Source: a virus (Duplodnaviria; Caudoviricetes). Taken from it: 61,937 nucleotides of DNA. The stretch spans positions 1-61,937 of the IMG/VR virus record IMGVR_UViG_3300034116_000957; one strand, 5' to 3'. Position numbers and translations under genes: made by a program. Below are positions 29,512-38,442 of this stretch, one piece after another (within the stretch, counting starts at the first letter, position 1; each line of letters starts with the position of its first letter). The notes beneath the pieces were generated by a model. It had not been told where the DNA came from. It did not search any database and saw only the letters and a list, made by a program, of their open reading frames with translations.

Positions 29512-30330
29512 CTAGTCTCTCCACAACCTATCGGCCTGTGTCAGAGCGTCGTCAATCGTGTTTTGTTTCACCTGTACTGCGGTCGCAGTCGACCAGTGTT
29601 TCCAGAGAGCGTTGATGGTTACCATGTCTTTTCGCCCTCCCCACTTGGCAACCAAGTTCCGTGTAGCATGCTCGACTTGCTCTGGTGTGATGCTCGCCGC
29701 TTGCATGGATCGCAACACGTGATGTGCCCCCCTCCACTCCCCGAGCATGAATGCTGTGTGGAACACAGGATCCGTGAACACCTCTCTCCTGTACGCTAGG
29801 AACAGAGCTTTAGCAGGATCATCGTCCACTGGCATCTTGATGGATTCCCGTTTAGTCACCTTCTTGGGGACTATAGGGGTATATTCTTCTTTCTGTATAT
29901 TCTTTAATGTAATGAGGGGGTCGATTTCTGCACCCTCCCCCCTGTTGATTTCTGCACCCTCCCTCGGTGCAGATTCTGCACCCTCCCCAAACCCCGTAGG
30001 TAGTAGCTCGTAAATATTCGACGTCTGTCTGCCAGATGGTGTGTGACGGGCGCGGCAAGCAAGTACTGTGTAGCCTCGAATTTCGCCCGTAGAGAGGCTT
30101 TTGATAGCCTGTTGGACTAATCGCTCACTGATGCCAGTTTCCTGTGCTATAAGCGATACCGACGGGCAACACAGACCGTTCTGATCAGCATGCAATGCAA
30201 TGCACGTCAGAACCATCCATTCACTGGCGGTGAAGTCCTTGAGACGAGAACGGAGTTCGTGACTTAGCATCACAAACCCCGTGTATTTCTTCCGAGATCC
30301 CATTGTGGATCCGGACATAATCCCGATCAT
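29512..30330 (-). CDS. Replication initiator with N-terminal winged HTH
   Basis: SEWMVLTCIALHAD...CCPSVSLIAQETGISERLVQQAIKSL...GRQTSNIYEL; internal iterons. Confidence 0.8.
   Translation of the reverse strand: MIGIMSGSTMGSRKKYTGFVMLSHELRSRLKDFTASEWMVLTCIALHADQNGLCCPSVSLIAQETGISERLVQQAIKSLSTGEIRGYTVLACRARHTPSGRQTSNIYELLPTGFGEGAESAPREGAEINRGEGAEIDPLITLKNIQKEEYTPIVPKKVTKRESIKMPVDDDPAKALFLAYRREVFTDPVFHTAFMLGEWRGAHHVLRSMQAASITPEQVEHATRNLVAKWGGRKDMVTINALWKHWSTATAVQVKQNTIDDALTQADRLWRD
29881..29988. other. Putative origin of replication: 3 iterons plus AT-rich tract inside the initiator gene
   Basis: GAT(T)TCTGCACCCTCCC at 29923, 29947 and 29972, next to AT-rich 29881-29913; lambda O-like layout. 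Confidence 0.7.
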
Positions 30331-30332
30331 GT

Positions 30333-30893
30333 TTACCTCTTGTATGGGCACATAGGACAGAGCTGCACGTCATCTCTGACAAGGCATGCTGCCGTCTCGA
30401 GCACATTGCTCGCCTCCCGTTGGCTTAATCCTGCTGGTACGTTTACGACATCTGTTAGCTTTGGCTCAGTCAATGGTGTGCCACGTACAACCTCAGTCAG
30501 CACGTCGACACTCCATCCCTTGATCTCTGCCTCGTTGAGTATCTTCTTTTGCTCAGCAGGATCGAGTTTACACACAGCACGGTGATGTGTCCAGCTCAGG
30601 TTTGGATTCCTGTTTTCGAGCGGTATGGAACGCGCAACCCAGCTGTAGTTGGCAAGTGCCTGGTAACTATGCCCGGTTGTTTCCATCGCCTGTGTGTACT
30701 TCTCGCCGAAGCGTGACGCGCCGTAGTTCAGAGCATCACCGATGCCCCATTGCGTTGCTACCTCGAGGCTACTGAGTGTAGCCATCAGCTGTTCCCACTG
30801 TTCAAAGAGAAGGTCTCCCGTAAAGGAGACCCCTGTTCTTGTTATCTCGACGTTGTTGCACAGGAGGTCGACCCGGACTACCTTATTCTCCAT
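30333..30893 (-). CDS. LmbU-like DNA-binding protein
   Basis: WGIGDALNYG...YTQAMETTGHSYQALANYSWVAR...LSWTHHRAV pattern. Confidence 0.6.
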   Translation of the reverse strand: MENKVVRVDLLCNNVEITRTGVSFTGDLLFEQWEQLMATLSSLEVATQWGIGDALNYGASRFGEKYTQAMETTGHSYQALANYSWVARSIPLENRNPNLSWTHHRAVCKLDPAEQKKILNEAEIKGWSVDVLTEVVRGTPLTEPKLTDVVNVPAGLSQREASNVLETAACLVRDDVQLCPMCPYKR

Positions 30894-31467
30894 CTGGTTC
30901 TTCCTTTTCCTTGAGCGCCACGAACTTGACTACTTCCTGCTCTTCCGTGACTTCGCACCCGTCAGGCCTGACCTCGCTGTACAGAAGTAGATCGCTGATT
31001 GATTGTTGTGAAAGCTTGGACACAAGAACCGTTTCAGCAACCTTGACTGCGTCTGGCTGATACGTCTTAGCCCAAGCGACCGCAGCTTCTTTGTTTGTGA
31101 AGTTGATCTTCGCTTTGCTGGTGCGGAATGTGATCTCACCATACGGGCTGGTGTACGTCTTCTTATTGCGAGGAAGCAGTCGACGAGCCACATCAGTAGC
31201 GGTCACGCCATACTTCAGTTCAATCCAGCTGCGACGTGACTCCAGAGCTTTGATGCGCTTCTCACACATCTCTTGGATGCGCTTGAGTTGTGCACGTTCT
31301 GCCACGAGGAGAGAGTCAACCTCAAGCATCTTCTTCTGCAGGATCCAGAGGTCTTGCTCTGTTTCCACTGCACCATTGTCGAGCCAGCCATAGGCTCCCA
31401 CTACCTCGCCAGTAGTGGGGTCTATGACCCATCCGTTTTCACGGATAAGTTCATCCTGTTCTTCCAT
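30883..31467 (-). CDS. Gam/Gp157-like host-nuclease inhibitor
   Basis: Coiled coil followed by KKTYTSPYGEITFR; adjacent to the annealing protein. Confidence 0.65.
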   Translation of the reverse strand: MEEQDELIRENGWVIDPTTGEVVGAYGWLDNGAVETEQDLWILQKKMLEVDSLLVAERAQLKRIQEMCEKRIKALESRRSWIELKYGVTATDVARRLLPRNKKTYTSPYGEITFRTSKAKINFTNKEAAVAWAKTYQPDAVKVAETVLVSKLSQQSISDLLLYSEVRPDGCEVTEEQEVVKFVALKEKEEPDGE

Positions 31468-32093
31468 TAACCTTCCTCCTCGTCAGTCAACAGCTCAGTG
31501 GCAAACGCATCTCCGTTTTCGTACTCAGCCATTCGTGCTACGGCAGCGTTCAGCTTCTCGGTCTCCATCGTGGTCGAGCCGTACATCCGGGAGTAGATAC
31601 CCTTTGCATCCGCTGGAGTTAGCTCATTGCCAAACAATCGTTTACATCCATCCATAAACAAGTTGGCGGCGACCTTATACGCAACTTGTGGGTCTGTGGC
31701 TTTGACAACAACAGGCACAGCATTGATTTGGTATCCACGTGGGATTGGTGCATCAACGATGCGCTCACCCTCGTCGAGTTCGTCAAGAGCGTACTGTGTG
31801 CCGTAGCCAGCCATGAGGAGCGCACGTCCAACGGCGCCTGTCAACGACTTCTCTTCAAAGTCAGGGAAGTGAGCCTTATGCTCACGCTTGTGTCCGGTTG
31901 CGACGACGCGTCCATCAGGATCGGTGATGCTTGCACGTGAGAGACAAGACGTTTCGTCTGTGCTAACGATCTCTGCCGTGATTCCCCATCCATCAGCGAC
32001 TGGATGGTCTTCGCGGAACAGCGCAATGCGGACGTACACGGGGGCATAAAGCTTGCCCCCTTTCATTTTTACGAGATGGTCTTCGATTCTCAT
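31467..32093 (-). CDS. ssDNA-annealing recombination protein (Rad52/Sak-like)
   Basis: Y.PVYVRIALFREDHP...VATGH...EKSLTGAVGRAL..AGYG pattern. Confidence 0.65.
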   Translation of the reverse strand: MRIEDHLVKMKGGKLYAPVYVRIALFREDHPVADGWGITAEIVSTDETSCLSRASITDPDGRVVATGHKREHKAHFPDFEEKSLTGAVGRALLMAGYGTQYALDELDEGERIVDAPIPRGYQINAVPVVVKATDPQVAYKVAANLFMDGCKRLFGNELTPADAKGIYSRMYGSTTMETEKLNAAVARMAEYENGDAFATELLTDEEEG

Positions 32094-32740
32094 TGGTTAT
32101 CTCCAATCTTGCGCAGGAGCTCTGCTTCTGCATCTGTGTCAACAAACTTCGACAGCATGTACATGTTGCGCTCGAGTGTCTCTCGAACACGGTACGTGTT
32201 GCCTTGATACCACACTGTTTCATCTGGCAATGCAAATGTTATAAGCGGGTTGCACAAGAATTCTGTGGTGTCGTTGTTGATCAGTTCACCTGTCACGTCG
32301 AGCAAGTCAGCGATGTCTTGTGCAATGACGATGGCTCCGTCGATGCGGACATACTCTCCGTTGTCCTTTGCGGACAGTACTGAGCATGCTGGATCTGAGC
32401 AGAGGCGGCTGCCCCATTGTGCCATTTCGCCAACAGCTCTGGACAACCAGCCGTCTCCAGCAACGATCATCCTGCAGGAGTTGCGGTACATGAAGAACCG
32501 CCAGTCGTCGCAGAGAGAGAACAGTGTCGTCTGCTTGAGGATAGGCTTCTCGCCCTCAACACTTGCAATGAAGCCTGCAAGTTCTTCTTTCGTGTCACCA
32601 ATGATGACAGCGGTGATTTCGTGTTCCTTGGATCCACCGCACATGAGTCCGCCGGTTTCTGTTTCGGCGTAGTAAACGAGACCATGTTTGTCCAGATCAC
32701 TGACAAACATGTAGTCAATCGATGAATGCATGCTTTTCAT
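32090..32740 (-). CDS. Hypothetical protein
   Basis: Long ORF coupled to neighbours; start uncertain. Confidence 0.55.
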   Translation of the reverse strand: MKSMHSSIDYMFVSDLDKHGLVYYAETETGGLMCGGSKEHEITAVIIGDTKEELAGFIASVEGEKPILKQTTLFSLCDDWRFFMYRNSCRMIVAGDGWLSRAVGEMAQWGSRLCSDPACSVLSAKDNGEYVRIDGAIVIAQDIADLLDVTGELINNDTTEFLCNPLITFALPDETVWYQGNTYRVRETLERNMYMLSKFVDTDAEAELLRKIGDNQ

Positions 32741-33128
32741 TTCGCTCAAGATAGCGTTCCAACCTTTCAACTTGCATGGGGCTTCCATACATTGATTCAA
32801 ACGTTTTGATTTGTTGAATAACGGATTCAACATCCCGGCAGATGACTGTCATCTGCTGATCTGCCATACACTTTTGTTCTTTGCGTATGGCGCCTGTCTT
32901 GGTTTTGAGTTCGATGCCAACAGCTACGGGCATGTGCCAGTGGGCAGCATGAATGTAGAGGTCTGGGCAACCGAGTGTGTTGCCTTGCCATCCTGTTGGG
33001 TAGTGCATGTTCTTGCACCGTGGACATTGAACCTTGCGCCTTGCTTTACCTGTCTCTATGACGGTGTAGCCAAGGAAACCTAGCGTGTTTACGATCAGTG
33101 TTTGTAACTGCGCTTCCGTACTCTTCAT
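32715..33128 (-). CDS. VRR-NUC / PD-(D/E)xK nuclease
   Basis: TEAQLQ...GCPDL...IELKTKTGAIRKEQK with a CxxC insert. Confidence 0.8.
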   Translation of the reverse strand: MKSTEAQLQTLIVNTLGFLGYTVIETGKARRKVQCPRCKNMHYPTGWQGNTLGCPDLYIHAAHWHMPVAVGIELKTKTGAIRKEQKCMADQQMTVICRDVESVIQQIKTFESMYGSPMQVERLERYLERNEKHAFID

Positions 33129-33241
33129 GCTGGTATAATAACAGCAAGAACCTACCTCCATGGCGTTCTCAATAGGGTCGGGGGCGCCTCCTATGCACAC
33201 ACAGCCCCCTTCCCGCCTATCTACTTACGTAGAAAAGTATA

Positions 33242-33796
33242 TCACCTCCCGGTCGTGGAGTTTATCCAATCCCAACAATATCTGTTGATCGAGACAGTAA
33301 GTTTATGACCTCCGATCGATGTGTCGATCTTCGCGAGCTTGCATGCGATGTGTGCTGACTTTGGGTCTGGTGCAAGCCTGTATATCTTTTGATATTCGTC
33401 AATGCTGTGGACTGTCTTGATCCAGTCAGCGTGTCTGTGTGTTGGGTGTGCCATCATGTCGATGGGGTCTGTCTTCGCAAGGTGCCTGTAGCGTGTCCAT
33501 TTGTGTTCAGCTACGACCACACCCCGCTCTATCACAATCAGGAACCATCGCCTCATGGGGATCAGTCCGTTTAGGACTGCCAGAAGGTGATCGTAGTTCC
33601 TGTATGTGACGTTGATGGCGTCGACCGTGACCTCGCCTGTGTCTTTGTTGAGGCAGATAGTCTTCGCCCATTCGAGAGCAATGGACTGAGCCTGGTCGAA
33701 TGATTTGCTCCACTCGACCTTGCCCGTAGTCTTCACTCGGAAGAACCTCAATGTGGCTTGATCTTCCCTTTGTGTCGTTCCCTGCACTTGTAGCAA
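33242..33796 (-). CDS. Hypothetical protein
   Basis: 184-aa ORF in the early operon. Confidence 0.55.
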   Translation of the reverse strand: MLQVQGTTQREDQATLRFFRVKTTGKVEWSKSFDQAQSIALEWAKTICLNKDTGEVTVDAINVTYRNYDHLLAVLNGLIPMRRWFLIVIERGVVVAEHKWTRYRHLAKTDPIDMMAHPTHRHADWIKTVHSIDEYQKIYRLAPDPKSAHIACKLAKIDTSIGGHKLTVSINRYCWDWINSTTGR

Positions 33797-34131
33797 TGCC
33801 AGTGTGGCGTCCAGTTGCCGAGCAGGAATTCATCTACGATCTCGCACACGGTAGCAAGCTCCCCGTTAGGGTTCTTGGATTGATGTGTGAGTACAGGCTT
33901 CTTGCCTTCTTCGTTCCAGACCATCATCTGGTCTGAGATAACGTCTACGTCAAGCGTGTCAGGCACAGCGAATGTGGCAATGTCAAGGTTGAAGTAGTTC
34001 CATTGAAGTGTGCACATGGGAACGCCTTTGCGCTCCCATTGCGTCACGGTGATCTTCTTCCATAGAGGTTTCAGATCATCAGGAGCACTGTCAATCCAGC
34101 ACTCCATCAGTTCACGTATGATGTTGTTCAT
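33748..34131 (-). CDS. Hypothetical protein
   Basis: MNNIIRELM start; C-terminal CxxC. Confidence 0.55.
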   Translation of the reverse strand: MNNIIRELMECWIDSAPDDLKPLWKKITVTQWERKGVPMCTLQWNYFNLDIATFAVPDTLDVDVISDQMMVWNEEGKKPVLTHQSKNPNGELATVCEIVDEFLLGNWTPHWHCYKCRERHKGKIKPH

Positions 34132-34268
34132 TTCTTCTTTGCGATCTCCATCACCAGAGCTATCGGGTATAGAGGCACGGTGATCAAGAAGCACAGCACG
34201 AGGAATGGCAGGAAGTGCATGATCAACACACCGGGGATCGAGACCATGAGTCCGAGGATCTCTGTCAT
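34128..34268 (-). CDS. Small membrane protein (46 aa, not in ORF track)
   Basis: MTEILGLMVSIPGVLIMHFLPFLVLCFLITVPLYPIALVMEIAKKK; ATGA overlaps at both ends; GAGG RBS. Confidence 0.6.
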   Translation of the reverse strand: MTEILGLMVSIPGVLIMHFLPFLVLCFLITVPLYPIALVMEIAKKK

Positions 34269-34660
34269 GCTGTTACCTCTGCTTCGTCTGTGAAGATCCA
34301 CTCCCACAGGAATGTAGAGTCACCTGCCACAAACTTGAGTTTGTGTTGAATCACGGTGTTTCCAGAGCTAAGGTTGATAGCATTGTGGGAGTAGTCGATG
34401 TCTGCCTCAGTGACTTCACCCTTGATGATGTCGACCTTGGCTTTATAGGTGTCTGGGTCGATCATGTCGATGATCATGCGAGCGATAATCTTGATGCTTT
34501 CGTTGTCGCCCATTGCGCTGATCATGACAGGATTGTGATGTACGTTGGTGATCATGCAACGGATGCTCTGCAGCGTGTCCTTCTTGTAGTCCTTCACAAG
34601 CGGATGTTGAACGACGAATGGCGAGATGTGCGCGAACGCCTCGTAAGTATTAACTTTCAT
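34265..34660 (-). CDS. Hypothetical protein
   Basis: 131 aa; preceded by a structured leader. Confidence 0.6.
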   Translation of the reverse strand: MKVNTYEAFAHISPFVVQHPLVKDYKKDTLQSIRCMITNVHHNPVMISAMGDNESIKIIARMIIDMIDPDTYKAKVDIIKGEVTEADIDYSHNAINLSSGNTVIQHKLKFVAGDSTFLWEWIFTDEAEVTA

Positions 34661-34670
34661 TTGAACCTTT

Positions 34671-34704
34671 CAGTGCTGGTGTTTCGCCCCACCAGCAGGG
34701 CAAT
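34671..34704 (-). promoter_or_regulatory. Conserved 5' leader hairpin/pseudoknot, copy A
   Basis: TTGCCC-TGCTGGTG-GGGCGAAA-CACCAGCA just before the RBS. Confidence 0.55.
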
Positions 34705-34709
34705 GGACA

Positions 34710-35123
34710 CTAGTCGATGATCTCGTAAGGTGTCCGACTGAGTTGGAAGTTGAATGCGCCCCAGATGGAAGTGTCTTTTGACTTGTAGTGCAGGGCGTAG
34801 TCGTAGTTGTCCCATCCTTTTTCGAGAGAGAAGTCAAACTTCCGTGTGATGTCACTCCAGATCAATGCGCGGACAATGCACTCAATGGAATGTTGATCAC
34901 GTCCAACTGTCGTGGACAGGCAGACAGGATTGCATTCAATCGTCGTGTACATGGTTGCACCCGCATTTTCAAGTGACTCGTACTTGTATGCTGCCCAGTT
35001 GCTCATGCCATGAGTGTTCAGGTGTGTGAACACAGAGAGTACAGCGTCGAGCTGTGTCTGTGTCAGGGTGCCTTGCCCAACAAGGGCAAGTGCTTGTGTG
35101 TCAGAATCGGTTAATCTAACCAT
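34710..35123 (-). CDS. Hypothetical protein
   Basis: 137 aa; GGAGG RBS. Confidence 0.6.
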   Translation of the reverse strand: MVRLTDSDTQALALVGQGTLTQTQLDAVLSVFTHLNTHGMSNWAAYKYESLENAGATMYTTIECNPVCLSTTVGRDQHSIECIVRALIWSDITRKFDFSLEKGWDNYDYALHYKSKDTSIWGAFNFQLSRTPYEIID

Positions 35124-35135
35124 GGTGAAAACCTC

Positions 35136-35168
35136 CAGTGCTGGTCATTCGCCCGACCAGCAAGGCAC
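35136..35168 (-). promoter_or_regulatory. Conserved 5' leader hairpin/pseudoknot, copy B
   Basis: GTGCCT-TGCTGGTC-GGGCGAAT-GACCAGCA just before GGAGG. Confidence 0.55.
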
Positions 35169-35231
35169 TCAAACATTACACAGATATTATCGCACCAGGC
35201 ACATGATGTGTGACATGTTGTGACAACTTAT

Positions 35232-35621
35232 TTAGTCGCTCCAATAATCGCCGGACACACGATCTTCAAAGCCGCGTTGTGCGTCCGATTCAATCTCTTC
35301 ATTGATGCTTGTGAGCCAAGCTTCGACCTCAGCGCGGTACTCGTGGAGGTTTTCGCAGATGGTATTGATCGTCTCGTCCTCGCCATGTGTTTCCTTGACG
35401 TACTGCTCAAGGGCTTTGGAACACTGAGTCATAAACTCAGACGTCATGCCTTCGTCCAGTTGGTTCTGTTGTGCCCAGAACAGCGACTCAGCAAACTCAG
35501 CGACTTGAATCTGCTCGTATTCGACCTCAGCTGCGGATTCATCGTCCTCGATCGAGAGTTCGGCGACGAACTGTGCCGGGATATTGAATCCCAGCACGTC
35601 ACGAATTGAGTAGTCAATCAT
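35232..35621 (-). CDS. Highly acidic hypothetical protein
   Basis: GGAGG RBS; strongly D/E-rich. Confidence 0.6.
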   Translation of the reverse strand: MIDYSIRDVLGFNIPAQFVAELSIEDDESAAEVEYEQIQVAEFAESLFWAQQNQLDEGMTSEFMTQCSKALEQYVKETHGEDETINTICENLHEYRAEVEAWLTSINEEIESDAQRGFEDRVSGDYWSD

Positions 35622-35622
35622 T

Positions 35623-35946
35623 TCAATACCTCCCGCCACCTGTGTCGTCTGTTGGTGGCTCTGCGTAGTCAGATGGTTTTGCCCAGTTGATTGGGGTTTC
35701 GTCGTCGACGTCTTCGTTGGATTCTTCTTCCTCGCTGTCAAACACCTCGAAGTCGACACCTTCAGCAGGATCGCAAACGATTACTGCCTCGCCGTTTTTG
35801 TCTGCTGTAAAGTTCTTGTCAATCGAATACACAGTGAAGATGTCCGCTGGCATGCAGTTGCCCCCGTGAGGGCAATCCACGCGAACGGTGATGCTCGCAT
35901 CCGCTGGCATCTCTGCAAGCTTTGCGATCAATTCTTTTACTGTCAT
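35623..35946 (-). CDS. Hypothetical protein with acidic tail
   Basis: MTVKELIAKLAEMPADA N-terminus common in small phage early proteins; GGAGG RBS. Confidence 0.65.
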   Translation of the reverse strand: MTVKELIAKLAEMPADASITVRVDCPHGGNCMPADIFTVYSIDKNFTADKNGEAVIVCDPAEGVDFEVFDSEEEESNEDVDDETPINWAKPSDYAEPPTDDTGGGRY

Positions 35947-36437
35947 ACCGTCACCTCCTCTGCGTTCTTGTTGATGTAGTAAGCGTTGACGAAGTCGTCA
36001 ATCACAGGGTCGAAGATGTTGAACCATTCTGTGACGCCTCCCCAGTCAGCGACCATCTCGCCGCGTCCGATCTCAGCATCATCTGCGCAGTTACCGTAGA
36101 CCAGCACAATGCTGATGAATGTGTTGTCGTTGTCTTCATCGCGTTCGATCTCGCCATCGTAGATCAGCAGGTATTCGGTGTCGCATTCTTTCATGTGCTG
36201 AATCATCTGCTCAGGAGACGTGATGGGCGTGTACTCTTCCTCACCGTCAAACAGTTCGATGCATAGCCCGTGCTCACGGCACACAGGCAGAAGCTTCTCC
36301 ACCAGTTGGTACCCGTGCACATACTCAGCAAATCCGCGACCTTGCACACTAGGAGCATGCGTCTTCCGCACCTTCTGTGCAATCAAGTCACCGATTGATC
36401 CCATCAATACACTGTCAAACATGGTCGTGCTTGTCAT
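35943..36437 (-). CDS. Acidic hypothetical protein
   Basis: GGAGG RBS; coupled to the upstream stop. Confidence 0.6.
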   Translation of the reverse strand: MTSTTMFDSVLMGSIGDLIAQKVRKTHAPSVQGRGFAEYVHGYQLVEKLLPVCREHGLCIELFDGEEEYTPITSPEQMIQHMKECDTEYLLIYDGEIERDEDNDNTFISIVLVYGNCADDAEIGRGEMVADWGGVTEWFNIFDPVIDDFVNAYYINKNAEEVTV

Positions 36438-36964
36438 TACTTTTCCTCCTCCATCTTCAGACAAAACGGACACGGTTCGTCAAGCAAATATGCAACACTT
36501 GGCTTGTCACACACATCACACCAACCAACACCCAGCAACCAAAGGTCTTCTTCCGTTAGCTCTTCCGCGCTACGGACAGATAATTCTGTAATCTCACCGT
36601 TTGATGCCACCAAAGTCCCAGCAAACAAGTCTGCCGCCTGACCCCAAGTAATGTCAAAGGACAACTCTGGGTGTAAGGACACGATCCCACTAAACCAGTC
36701 ACGTGGCTCATTCCACCGGGAGTCTATATAAAGCGTCAGGTCTGGGGTAATGCTAGGGTCTGCATACACATTCACGTTCGAGTCCGTTAGCACTAGCCCA
36801 CAGCAACTCCCGTCATAACCTGTGTCTGCCTTGTAACGAGAAAGACCCACAGATGCGTCAATAACTTCGCGCTTGTCTTCTTTGATGATATGCACAGAGA
36901 GGAAGTTGTCCAACCGCTCCTTGAGCCCAGAGATCCGGACTACACTCTCACACGTATTCGCCAT
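36437..36964 (-). CDS. DUF1281/YubB ferredoxin-like domain protein
   Basis: MANTC..VVRISG...DSRWNEP..W...HPELSF...FAG...NG pattern; GGAGG RBS. Confidence 0.5.
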   Translation of the reverse strand: MANTCESVVRISGLKERLDNFLSVHIIKEDKREVIDASVGLSRYKADTGYDGSCCGLVLTDSNVNVYADPSITPDLTLYIDSRWNEPRDWFSGIVSLHPELSFDITWGQAADLFAGTLVASNGEITELSVRSAEELTEEDLWLLGVGWCDVCDKPSVAYLLDEPCPFCLKMEEEK

Positions 36965-37402
36965 AACAATAAACCTCCAACCGCTTCTCATTTGGTAGAG
37001 AAGAAAACCAATGCTACAGAATCATCACAGGGATCGCCAGTGAGAAATCTCACAGCCAGATGAAGTCGTGGTGATGGGAAATGGAAAGATGCGGGATTTA
37101 TGGGGAAAAAGGGGGAAAAGGTGACGATTGGATCGGACTTCGTCCCTACAGCTCGAGCCAGTAAAAATAATACCTGCTGTAGACCCCGTAAGTCGGCAAC
37201 CTGCCTCGTTTAACCGTTAGCTGCGCATTCATGCAGGAGAGATAAACACGTGGCTTATTCGGCGTTTTTCTCGTGTCTTTCTCGCCGACCACAGCGGGAC
37301 GAGTACTTAGGGAGGTCTATACTTACGTGTGGTTGTAGGATCGTGGTGTGACAACAACACGAGACTATACCTACAGGGGTGGGGTGGGGTGCGGTTAGGC
37401 AC

Positions 37403-37431
37403 AAAAAAAGGTGGGAGCCGAAGCCCCCACC
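37403..37431 (-). terminator. Rho-independent terminator (representative of nine in the array)
   Basis: GGTGGGGGCTTCGGCTCCCACC followed by a T-run on the - strand, immediately after the stop codon. Confidence 0.9.
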
Positions 37432-37433
37432 GA

Positions 37434-38258
37434 TTATCTCCACAGAGCGGCGGATCCGTGAACCTTGATGACATTGTGCATGTCAGGTTGTCCGTTGCAC
37501 CGACCACAGTCGGAACAGGTAACCTTGCGCAAGGTCTTTAGGCTTGTGTCTGCCGGACAGCGCGTGTGGCGTTCGCGTCGAAGCGTTTGCCATTCGATGT
37601 CAAAGTTCGCCTGTGCAAGGACGGTGAATGTTCCCCATCCCATCGCTTTGGCTTCCCGCGCTTCCTCTATGCTGTCGCAGGAAGCTTGGCACATGCCTTT
37701 GAAATCCTGTGCCCATTCACGCTTCCATTGATGCGTGTATGCGGTGTGTCCCTTGTCGATGCGGACATTGTCCAACAGCGAACGCCACACCGGAAACGGC
37801 ACCATGGCAGGATCACCGTAGGCACCGACCCGCGTTTGCCTGTTGAATCGGCGAATCATCTCGTTGATGTCTGCCACGTCGACGTCTGCAACGTTACCGT
37901 TTAGATATGATTTCCACATAGCTGTCGGCGCGTTTCCAACCTGCACATAGCAGGTATTTACCGCAGACGTTTCCAGTTTGCCGGTGCGGTGATTGATGCG
38001 TGTTCGCATCTGCAAACGGTTGATACAGTCGCCACAAATAGCGGCGTCTTGGTATTGCAACGCGTCAAGCGGTGCCATATCGGTGCGCATGATGTACGTT
38101 TGCACCATGTCACCGGTCTTGTCATTCGCTTTGTCTGCGGATGTTTCCAGACCCGTGACCCAAAGCGCGATAGGCGTGACGTTATCCCACGGCGAAACAC
38201 CGCGCCACACAATAGCGGTGTTGAAGGCAGGGTTTCCTGCACGATTGTAAAGACGCAT
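37434..38258 (-). CDS. Cassette 1: Cys-rich, possibly Fe-S/radical-SAM-like phage protein
   Basis: NDKTGDM, CGDC, CYV, RVGAYGDP, YTHQW, CPA, TCSDCGRC and HG motifs. Confidence 0.55.
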   Translation of the reverse strand: MRLYNRAGNPAFNTAIVWRGVSPWDNVTPIALWVTGLETSADKANDKTGDMVQTYIMRTDMAPLDALQYQDAAICGDCINRLQMRTRINHRTGKLETSAVNTCYVQVGNAPTAMWKSYLNGNVADVDVADINEMIRRFNRQTRVGAYGDPAMVPFPVWRSLLDNVRIDKGHTAYTHQWKREWAQDFKGMCQASCDSIEEAREAKAMGWGTFTVLAQANFDIEWQTLRRERHTRCPADTSLKTLRKVTCSDCGRCNGQPDMHNVIKVHGSAALWR

Positions 38259-38442
38259 AACGATGTAGCCTCCTATGCTACACAAGTATTGCAATATGCC
38301 ACGCCACACGCCAACCACAGACAGTCATATACTTACGTGGGCCTTGTAGTTCGTGGGCCAGTAACACCTCTACCTATACTAGCGGGGAGGGTGTGGGCAG
38401 CTTTTTTGACAAAAAAAGGTGGGAGCCGAAGCCCCCACCGAG

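Noticed and set aside
38285-38312. Sigma54 promoter (TGGCGT...TTGCA on the - strand of the elements)
   Set aside because: GG-to-GC spacing is 11 rather than 10, and the GG is not conserved in all copies.
38259-38318. N-terminal extensions of cassette ORFs in the ORF track (also to 39807, 41239 and 42857)
   Set aside because: The extensions run through the conserved non-coding element; the SD-proximal ATGs are the better starts.
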